A DNA stretch of 60,988 nt, filler included, from Circinaria calcarea (lineage: Eukaryota): assembly GCA_051942165.1 (NCBI GenBank). It is 10 parts of 10 records of this genome, joined end to end, with 100 filler letters (N's around TTAATTAATTAA, not from the genome) between each part and the next. Parts side by side here need not be neighbours in the genome. Positions count along the whole stretch, not along the records: positions 48,886 to 54,887 come from JAVECS010001708.1; positions 54,988 to 60,988 come from JAVECS010001709.1; 8 more parts are not named here. One strand, written 5' to 3'. Within the stretch, counting starts at the first letter, position 1. Each line of letters opens with the position of its first letter. Both the position numbers and the translations under genes were made by a program. Below the pieces are notes generated by a model that saw only the letters and a list, made by a program, of their open reading frames with translations, searched no databases and had not been told where the DNA came from. Positions 52,401-60,988 of this stretch are shown here, one piece after another.

Positions 52401-52789
52401 AGCTTGGGGCCAGCTTTAAGATCCGAAGAGGTAGACGGGTAAATCTGACTCCTTTCAAAGCTTTGTGAGTTGGGTGAGTTCGGTAGACTGTTCACCACCG
52501 CGTCGAGGACGTTCGGTGGGATGATGATCGGTACATGCCTAGCTCCCCGGTCACCGAGGCGTATCTGACTCTTGGCGACAGTTGGAATGGGTTCCTTTGT
52601 ACACAGCGCTATCTGTCGGTGTGTCGACTTTTCCGCTGGACTTCTGTAGAGGGGCAGACGCTTCACCAGTGCCCGAAGTGCTGGCGATGACGGTGATTCC
52701 TCTTTTCCAAAGTTCGGGGGTGGGTTCTTCTTGTGTAGCGCCAATGGCTCGGGCACCAATGCAGATGGTTCGATCTCTGTGAAAGGCAT
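49442..52789 (-). CDS. ral2: Ral2/Mds3/Pmd1-like kelch-repeat + BTB-like regulatory protein, intronless
   Basis: Kelch blades (LYVFGG, PRYFHS...LVCYGG, GRYAHCA, VVVGGQD), NYNFLDVKLELQ, PPGLRFP, BTB-like LADMDLV...LSRRWGPYF...ALLHYFYT, and VVGLQKRGLRGLMEGRR. Confidence 0.88.
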   Translation of the reverse strand: MPFTEIEPSALVPEPLALHKKNPPPNFGKEESPSSPALRALVKRLPLYRSPAEKSTHRQIALCTKEPIPTVAKSQIRLGDRGARHVPIIIPPNVLDAVVNSLPNSPNSQSFERSQIYPSTSSDLKAGPKLSRRPRHIPIIIPAYAQPCCLLPLTPSSSGSSTLHSLPLTLRSPPTPPLSMSPPTTGRSRASTLDSNVSAPSPTQIHGGNPKPSSTTYVPGMAGSQTSLNNDMSKESSYQHEQPSRPSRTGESGTYAGISMSASGQHMQPMPGTTNLSGMVCNVHKCTGKEPHALVGATTTILGDKLYVFGGRKLSRRRTQLTSDLYVLDLVRRHWTKIETRGNIPQPRYFHSVCALGDNKLVCYGGMSPAHGNVPQQPSNSADQQPEVVVMSDIHVYDVPTQTWTHIPTVDNPQGRYAHCATVLPSSAVFTSANAPLSAIHHNPSSTNPNQGTIGVALDGTGGAEMVVVGGQDSANHYIEQVSVFNLRSLKWTATHSLGRSCGAYRSVVAPLITLPASRIGKGTEVDDGKGVRRSKDATDHSSSMLIYSNYNFLDVKLELQVRRSDGSMTEKAMQGPFSPPGLRFPNGGILDNHFVVSGTYLTSSKQEYALWALDLKNLTWSRIDASGSTFSQGSWNRGILWPRRNSFVILGNRKRSLVEDYNHRRINFSNLCIVELEAFGLYDNPRQIAPTSSYTSISAPILPSPLSPKSPSLTAGGRPYYAAAKELGQMAMGLRELADMDLVALTGERIAVNSQILSRRWGPYFVHLLREGTLTPSSKNNSGDSGSSEVATLCPPTHDNSRNSSITITPTIGTMYSSASTSMITATNSSSASTTNGATNHASNSSCPNASIPYDPPTPSTIPPSSRSRALFLPHTSLTLHALLHYFYTSSLPPPTHHLSTPQILCSLLQLAGPYRIDGLLEAVVERLHQVMDGRNAAAVFNASAMAAGGGRGTGFDRFGGSQLTDFGEEINVSEAGGLENGQTNGHMGTSTSRNGLRIDTALPYRNGIHHNLSPSKQESRAQESEDDGSSVSGAASSTSASSVLDGHDYLGINGIGEEEVWSGEVSCVVGLQKRGLRGLMEGRRIREEKKNLGAGASDDKGGGEGIRLGLGLV

Positions 52790-53696
52790 TGTAAGCTATG
52801 AGTTCTCCTCGGGCGATATTCTGAGGATGGTCTTTTCAAAAGGTAGGAAGGCAGGGTGAAGATTTTTCAAGATAATGCGGTCCTGGAGGGAAAAGATGAC
52901 CCAATACTGACACGATCTAGGAGCATCGACTAACTCTCGAGACCTACCTTACAAAGCTCGAATCCACTCGCCCACGGCCCCTTGACGTACAGTGTATGGT
53001 ATGGCAGCTACACATGAGGTAAGGTCAATACCGGCAGATATGGTAACCAATGTCTTGCACGGTAGCTTACATACAACTTACAGGTCGCTTCGGCAGAACG
53101 ACGAAGCTGAGACCTCGCAGACCAAAGAAGACCTACCTGACTGTTCCACAACGCCCCCACGCCCCTCTCCCTCTCACCCAATCTTTGTAGAGTGGAATTT
53201 GTGGGTGGCCGACTGGCGCTTGTGAGACCTGTCACTCAGGCCGACATGAGTTCTGCATATGCGATGCACTTCCAAAGGGTGAGTGTGGAGGCAGGAACAG
53301 TGATGCCTTGCGTCGTCCAGGTCCATCTATTCGTGGCTACCGACGCAGTGCTCGAACAGGGATCATGACAGAAAAGATTATGCCGGACCCTGTCCCACAA
53401 TCATCAAAAGTGCCATGCCGCTAAGAGAGGGCGGATCCTCAAAAGGGAAAAACCGGGATCGCTGCAAGGGTTCACTAGCTCCATCAATCACACGATGATG
53501 GAACCGGCTCAATGCAGGCAGGTGTTCATCTTGTTATCATTCTACTCCGCACTAGACATCGAACGGTCTCGGAACTGCCGTATAGCATTACACTCAGCAA
53601 AGCTACAGAGCATACCTCGGTAGTCCCCAACGGAAGCTGACCGTCGGCCAATGATTTGCCCGTCAACTTTCTAATTACGCCCGAGTCAAACGCGGT

Positions 53697-54632
53697 TCAG
53701 ACGGCTGCGCTGGTCTGCTCTTTCGGCAAAGGAGTAAACCTCAGATACGGCTTCACCGTCCGGAACTCGGGGAAGAGCTCTTTCGCCTCCTCGTTCTTTA
53801 CACCTGGATGGACAATCACGTCATCGCCTGCAAGCACGATCAGATAAGCCTTCAGCACCTGTGGGGAGAGAGCGAGTTTGTTCCACTTACCCGGTATCCA
53901 GTTGATCGGTGTGGTAATCCTGTGCTTATCTCCCGTTTGTAACGAGTCCACCACGCGCAAAACCTCGGCGGTGTTCCGACCAGTCGAGGCTGGATACGAG
54001 AGAATGAGGCGGATGGTCTTCTTGGGATCGATGATGAAAACACTGCGGATGGTGAAGGCGATGCCCTTCTCGTCCACGTTGGTGATGTCCTGGTGATCCA
54101 ACATGTCATAGGCGTACGCGACCTTCCTCTGCTTGTCTCCGATGATGGGAAATTTGAGCTTGCTGCCTGAAATCTCATCGATATCTTTGACCCAGTCGTG
54201 ATGATGTTGGATGTCGTTGGCCGAGAGCCCAATCAGCTTAACGCCTCGTTTGGTAAACTCCGGCTCGAGTTTTGCAAAAGCTCCCAGCTCGGTGGTGCAC
54301 ACCGGAGTAAAGTCCTCGGGGTGGCTGAATAGAACAACCCATTTGTCGCCAATGAATCTAGTGCCCTCAGCATGCAGTTTCGATCAATCGCAGAAAAGGT
54401 TGTCAGCTCACTCGTGAAAGTCAATGGGCCCTGGAGCTTTGAATTAGCAGAGCATCAATCAGATGGGTTATCCGGCCTACCATTGGTTGTCTCTGCCTGG
54501 AAGTTTGGAGCAATGCTGCCGAGTCGCAAGCTGATAAACTGATCAGTTTAAATTGTTGTCGCAGATTGAAGTAGTGGGGCATGCTGCAGTGTGGTGGGCT
54601 TACGGTGCGGGGCGTTCTTCTGTGGAAGCCAT
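53697..54632 (-). CDS. PRX1: 1-Cys peroxiredoxin (Prx6 type), 5 exons
   Basis: MASTEERPAP|LRLGSIAPNFQAETTN|GPIDFHE|FIGDKWVVLFSHPEDFTPVCTTELG (PVCTTE motif), YPASTGRN and KPYLRFTPLP. Confidence 0.95.
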
Positions 54633-54887
54633 CTTGAATGTCAAACGTCTTGGAACCTTTCGGTTTTAACGGTTTTAACTGAGAGTACGGTGTTTGGAAT
54701 ATTCGAGTGGGCGAGTAATGAGAATTTACGAGGAATTTGGGAAGGAAGGAGCTGCTTTATCATCCAGTACCATCTCACTAATCCACGGACCTTTTTAGTT
54801 TTGGGAATCTGCTTTTTCATCACTCCGCATCACGCAATCGGCCAACCCCACACGTTTACCGTGGCACGCTCCGACGTTACCTTGGGC

Positions 54888-54987
54888 NNNNNNNNNNNNN
54901 NNNNNNNNNNNNNNNNNNNNNNNNNNNNNNNTTAATTAATTAANNNNNNNNNNNNNNNNNNNNNNNNNNNNNNNNNNNNNNNNNNNN
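54888..54987. other. Artificial contig linker
   Basis: 44 N + TTAATTAATTAA + 44 N. Confidence 0.99.
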
Positions 54988-55123
54988 ACCCCCTCATAGA
55001 AACCGTGGGGATTAGGATCATGAAGACCGCCCGGAAAACGCCCAATTCCAGCCTAGACCTAGGCTCATGCCGAAGAACATACAAAACTCTCACCCGCAGC
55101 ACATACGCAATAAGTATAGGTAT

Positions 55124-56843
55124 TTACAACGCCCCCAGCATCAATACCATCACCACAGCCAGTGCACTCCAATTCCATAAACCACCCCAGCTACCCAGGG
55201 CTGACAATTTCCCCGACGCGGCCCCCGTAGTGTTAGAACCGGTTGTCTTGCTGAGACCAAAGGGAAGACCTTGGTAGCTGAAGGTGACGTTTTGCTTGAC
55301 GGTGGCGTTGAGGCACTGGCCGTTTGAGATGTCGAGGTTGGTGAGGTCGTCCTGGGGGAAGAGGAAAAGGAGTCAGTAATGCAGGAAAGATGATTGGTAC
55401 GATGAACAAGGAAAGAGACGAGAAGCTACAACATACCGGTACAGTAAAGAACATGTACGCCTGCTGATTAATCCCCTTGAAGCCACTCGTATCATACGGA
55501 AACTTATCCCCGTTATCCGTCGCGCTTGTGTTTCGCAAAAAGATACACTGCACTTGTCCCGGAAAGTCCGTCACCAAGGCTGGATAATCCCTCATCACGT
55601 CGCTGTTACTCGTATCCGCAATGAGGATAAATTTCCGCTCGGGGAAGGTTCGGAAAATCTTCTCGAGCAGGAACTTGCGGATACTGAGGGTTGCCGTGAC
55701 ATCACTGAAGTTTAAAGGTCTCGTGTCAAAGGAGCCACCAGGATAGGTTTTGTAGATGAAATCCATGTAGTTGCGGGTGACTTGTTCCGGGGTAGTGGTC
55801 AAGTAGTGGAAGTGAAAGTCGGGGATGCTCCTGCTCCAGTTGGCATAAATGTCCGGCATGTTCATCCAAGGAGTAAAGGGCCGAGCGAAGGAGTTGAGGA
55901 GACCTTCCTTTGGCTGATAAATCTTGGTAACGCGGAGAATGTCGTCAATGTCGGAGATGATGGAAAGACCCCTGTTGGGGACTAGATAGGCGGTTGCGTT
56001 ACCCGTATCCGTACCTTGTGTGTAGACATTCAGGCGTTGAATCGCGCTTGTCGTGTTGCCAGCCTCCAGACCATTGTCATCGATCTGGATGAAAGCGTCA
56101 AAGTCACCCTGGGCAGTTGTAGGGTTTGGGAAATCTATCGTTTGGTATCCGCCCGCGGGGGTAACGGCCCCTCCGCCTCCTTGTTCTCCTGATGATCCGG
56201 CTGTTGGTGCAGGTGCAAGAGAGAATGTAACGTTTTGGTCACTCTGTTGGAGAACGAATATCGCGGCTGTGAGATTCCGAGCTTGAGATGCCTGCGAAGG
56301 CGGGAGAGATTGCACGGATGTACCAATCAAGAAGCCATTGGCTAGGTCATCCAGCTTACTCTCAGAAATATTGGGTTGCTTATAGACGTTGCCGTGAAAG
56401 CGGAGATTCCATCCTTGGTTGGTATAATTTCCATACCCACTTCAAATTGATGTTAGCTGGCTACATTTATCTTAAGGAAGCGAGAGGGCTACCCACGGTA
56501 TGTTTAGCACTTGCGTTGGTAGTGCCGCTACTTGACTGTCGTCCAGTCCCAAGCTACTCCGCACACTGTCACCAACAGGAAAACCTTGGAAAAAGTTGGG
56601 AACGCCAGAAGCAACGTATGAAGGAATGTCTGAACCCAACTCCGAGAGTATCGAGTCTACGCCTCCTTTGAGATCGCTGAGGATATCTCTCCGTGACTTG
56701 TAAGTCTTTGTTGCATCATGAAAAACCGGCGAAGGTGTGATCAACGGATGCTCTTCCTGCGCCGCCGCGGCTTTGGGTAGAGCTGGAGAGGCTGAGATGA
56801 TAGGAATAAGGATGGTCGCTATGACCCATGATGCGTATTTCAT
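55124..56843 (-). CDS. Secreted, probably GPI-anchored protein with an APP1-like (DUF2183) HAD phosphatase domain; 3 exons
   Basis: Signal peptide MKYASWVIATILIPIISA, GLSIISDIDDILRVT, FHYLTTTP and FPERKFILIAD...DY...FPGQVQCIFLR. Last exon ends in hydrophobic WSALAVVMVLMLGAL*. Confidence 0.82.
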
Positions 56844-58153
56844 TCTGGGCGAATAATGAATAACAGAGAGGTATGCTTCAACAAGTCACCACTGACTTGG
56901 GGCGAAGGCACCAGCGGTTTTGTCGATGCTCAAGAAACGATGGCAGGGCGTGTAGGTATAGGAGACGTAGCAATGAGTATACCGTTTGCTATTGTATGTT
57001 CATGTTCAACGAGTTACAGCGTGTACGAAAGTAAAGTCAGAAAGTGGAAGTTGTGGGCAAAGTTGATTTCCTTGATTCCTGCCGAAACAAACTGTAAACA
57101 ACAACTTCAGCAAAAGGCCGAAATAGATCGACTTGTTTTAGAGCGATGAAGTCATTGGCCCAAAGCCACGACGCCACAAAGCTTGGGCAACTTTAATTTC
57201 CCCCGCATTGAGGCTGCTGCACGATCTGGATACTTACTATCTTAAGGTGTGATCCATCTGGCTGGAGTCCGCCTCCAGCACTGATCCTCACATCGACATT
57301 CGACGATGAAAAGTGTAAACCTCGATTAGGTTAGTTTTAGGGCTGGGCCAAGTAAACCCGTTGAACTTCAACAACTACAACAGACTGATTCAAACGTCTA
57401 CGGAGTTTTGAGTGTAAGTCTCAAGGTTGATGCCCTTACGTGAAGGGCTTTATCGCTACGAGTAATTACGCGTTCATAGTTACCTATAACGCGAAGGTCT
57501 ACTAGCGAGGTGGAAGGTTTCGTCCACCTTACTCGCCGACGTGTTTACTATTTTGGGGGCCTATTATTCTGGCGCAGGCTTCTTCCCTTCGGCCTACGGT
57601 AGGAATGCGGTGGTAGAGGCTCATATGCGTTACAGCATATCAAGAAAGTCAAGACGCAATAGTTTTACATATAAAAAAAGGCTGGAGACCTTATTAGAAA
57701 AGCCGTAGATCACCATACGTCTTAACCTTGAGGAATTGACAATCTCAGGGGGTTTTCCCTCTAATAATTGCATGGGGATGCCGCACATTCCGAACCAGAC
57801 ATTCGGATCCTTGAGGCCGAGAAAGCGGAAAGGCAAGATATTTTATAAAGGTATAGCATGTTCTTTTATTATATTATTAATCAAAATATTTCGGGAGTTT
57901 TCACGTAGCAATTGCTGATGTGATTTTTCATTGGCAAATAATTCTCGTTTATACGACTTCCAGCTAATTCATCCATGTAAATACCTCGATGAAAAATTCG
58001 GTTAAGACACTGCTTGCTCAACTAAATAATAGCACAGTAAAAGAATGCGTGTGCTTTGGCCTTTCAGGCGGGTAAAGTACCGGACATAGTCCGGCGAAAA
58101 AGAAATGAATACGTAAATCCTTCATCAAGCCCGTCAAGTCTTCCGCCATATGC

Positions 58154-60079
58154 CTATTCGAATGCGGTGTCGTCCTCCTTGCCTAATTCGAATGTATATG
58201 GGAAGCGCGGAAATCGCTAGTGTAAGTCAGTATATGATTTACTAGGGCAAAGTTTCGTCAGAGCATTTGCCACAAACCTTCTTATTGTTCTTCCCGGTCG
58301 GATATGGTTTAGGAGGGTGTAGATAATACTCGGTAGACTTGCTCGTTGTGACCGTGGTCGGAGTCAAGTAGGGCGTTGTGTAGGTATCGAATGTCGTCAG
58401 AGTCCCCACCGTAGACGCACTCGAAGTTTCTGCCATGCTGCTGACGTTGTATCCAGTAGACGAGGTCAGCGATGTGAAGCTGAGAGGGCCGGCAGTTGAG
58501 GATACGACTGAGGATACAGGCGTGTCAGACAACGAGATAGAAGAAATAGTCGAGGATGCTGTCATGATTCCAGGTAAAGTAGACGTAGCAATGCAACTAC
58601 ATGCACTCGAGATCCTTCTAGCATTACATCCATAGGGCACATATGCCGGAATTGCACAATAGGAATCCTTCGTGTAGGTACTGCAGAACGCCTGCGCTGC
58701 TGCGAGTCGACCTGGGGTTTGGGTAGCCCGTAAAGCACGGAGGCAGTTATCTTTCTCGATTAGCTGCATCGAGGCTGAAGGCATTAACCAAACATACTAG
58801 CTTTACATATCACTGTCGGCTGAGTCACTGATGCGGCCGTGGTAGTATTAGTTGCTGGAAGAGGATCGGCCGAAGAACTGGTAGAACTAGAAGAGTACGT
58901 GTAAGGCCCATGTGTTGGATAGCCACCGAACCCTGTAGAATTTGCTGAACTGGGTGGGGAAGCCCCAGCAGTGTCGCTTATAGTAGCAGTTGATGTAAGT
59001 GTCGTATAGACTGTTCCTGTGATGAAAATGGTTGACGTCTTGTTGGTTATTACTTTTGAGGATGAAGTCGGTAAGGCGCCTCCACTGCTCGAAGCTGGCA
59101 ATGTAGAAGTGTACACCTCGCTTGTAGAGGTATATAGCGATGTCACTGTGTCCGTCAAGAGAGAGCTGGTAGTTTTAGAATTTGCATAAGGTGTCGAAGA
59201 TGTATCGGGATAGCTCAAGGACCCTCCGGTATCGCTTGTGCCTCCTGAGATTGTGGAAACTATAGAAGAGAGGGTTTCGGTCACATAGATTACGGTAGTG
59301 CTGGTAGTTTCGATGCTAGACGATGAACCTGGGATAGCTCCACTAGAACCCGATGGTGCGAAGGAATAAGTGTAGATATGGCTTGGATACGTGTGCACCG
59401 ACGTCATATCATTAATACTTGTCGAGGTATCAACAGTGGTAGTATTGGTGTAATAAGGCAGAGTACTAGAAACGCTCAATGGACCATCGCTGCTGCTGGC
59501 ACCCGTGTATGTAGACAGGCTGTAGCTAGAAGCGGATGCCAGAGGTGTGGATGAAGATTCTGAAAACGAGAGTGGACCAGGCAAGGAGCTGACCGGAGTA
59601 GGGTTGTCGATAGCGGTAGAGTCGGAAGGAAGCAAAGAGCTAGTCAAGCTGACTGCTGTCGGTCCGGCGGTTGAACTACGTGAAGAGGACTTGTAAGGCT
59701 CATAACCATAATCATACGGATAAGATGCGCCTGGTTTAGCAGCAGCTCGTGGACGCAACTCTTTGGGTTGACGAACTGCTAGACCTATCAATAAATTAGT
59801 TTGGTTCTCGACCCAAAAGCGTGTTTTGCCTGACACATTCATAAGAGATATATAGCGAGATGAACAATGGTATTTGCTGAATCCGTTTTTCTGAACCTGT
59901 ATATATACAATCTTCCAACCAAAAAACGATGGGAAACATCTCGCAAGCCGTACGGAATCACAAGGGGGGAAACCGATCCCAGTAACGTGAACCAAAAGAA
60001 AGTGAGCGGCTCACCAGGTACTAAATCACCGACAGCAAGAGTGACAGCCCCAGCAACCTGAAAGACGTGGATGATATGC
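58154..60079 (-). CDS. Secreted Ser/Thr-rich protein with a Cys-containing module; probably 4 exons, last exon uncertain
   Basis: Signal-like MHIIHVFQVAGAVTLAVG, GTGAGC donor and CTAAT...TAG acceptor into the long S/T-rich ORF, then a GTATGT intron into NNCLRAL...FCSTYT...ISSACSC. A possible final exon reads RFPRFPYTFELGKEDDTAFE*. Confidence 0.7.
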
Positions 60080-60988
60080 ATTTTCGGGGGTGTGGTGCTG
60101 TTTAGTACTTTGTACCAACGAGAGGTAGTAGATCCAACAGAAAAAGTTGGAAACTGAGAGTGAAGAACATGAAATGCCAGCAGGCAACTATAGGTGTTAT
60201 ATCGTAATCTAAGAGCTCTTTGTATCCCCTGGTTATAAGGATCCTGGCCGACTCTCCTTCACGGTGCAAAATGTTGCACAAACGTACCCGTAAGAGCACA
60301 GACGTACGCGAGAAAACTTCCAATTGAATGTAACCGGGGATCCTCGCTAGGCATATCGCTCTGTCCTGTCCTGCAGCTTACCTACACAGGTAGGTTATGG
60401 AACACCTCAACGTCCCTAGTAATTGCACTCGGTTCTCGGCACAAGACGAAATTTGTGACTTGGATGCTTGCATCTCCGTTTCCGCAGACAGCCGATTAAA
60501 CCATTGCAACCGGAAAGAATCCAGACTGAGCTGAAGGCAAATCTTGGTGATACGTAGGGGGTTGGGTTAGATCAGACTCTTGTGGCGGGGACCAAATGTG
60601 GTGTAACTTCTTCCTCTGGCCATTAATGGAAGTCCAGTCAAAAGCCATTTGACGGTAAAATCAAACGCTTTGAGGTTAACTGGCGGCTTGAATGACTATA
60701 GGGCTTTTGTGGCTTAAACGCGGCCTGCCAAACGGGAGGTCTAATAGCAAGAATACGACATGTAACATTTGGTTCGCTCAAAGTTGCACAGACGTACGGT
60801 GAAAAGCCGAGAACGTGTTCCTGACATTAGTCAGGGGCCATCAGTAAATACTCGGGGTTGTGCAAGGCAATGACAAGGAAAGATCAAACGAAACTTTGCT
60901 ATCGTACTTCCACACCAGTGGCCACAAGCTTTGCTCGCAGACTTTGTCAAGATTGGATATCAAACATCTCATCCATACCATAGTAACG

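Noticed and set aside
57325..57345. TTAGGTTAGTTTTAGGG as a telomere remnant or telomerase template
   Set aside because: No tandem TTAGGG repeat and no TAACCCTAA template sequence.

Overview
This is not one continuous locus. It is ten unrelated contigs of about 6.0 kb, joined in descending size order by nine identical artificial 100-bp linkers (44 N + TTAATTAATTAA + 44 N). The DNA is from a filamentous ascomycete (Pezizomycotina): short GT-AG introns with CTRAY branch sites and typical fungal gene families. Recognisable genes are: a HeLo-like/SesA-ankyrin protein, a GPI-anchored protein, a disrupted D-galacturonate reductase (gaaA), the 5' end of a PMC1-type Ca2+-ATPase, an FHA-like/protein kinase with a divergent unknown partner, an NRPS C-terminus, ARH1, a conserved membrane protein, a HET-domain protein, a GprM-like GPCR, the 5' end of areA, a PTH11-like protein, PRS1, LYS12, DUF1769 and DUF1748 proteins, pyruvate kinase, a Ral2-like kelch protein, a 1-Cys peroxiredoxin, a secreted APP1-like phosphatase and a Ser/Thr-rich secreted protein. 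Family assignments come from recalled motifs, not database searches. Exon boundaries were read by hand and checked for frame. I see no demonstrable novel multi-gene system. The best leads are the decaying gaaA, the NOD-less HeLo-like/ankyrin protein with an unnamed Cys-rich domain, the kinase/unknown head-to-head pair with a GC-AG intron, and a dense hairpin cluster at about 57.2-57.8 kb.
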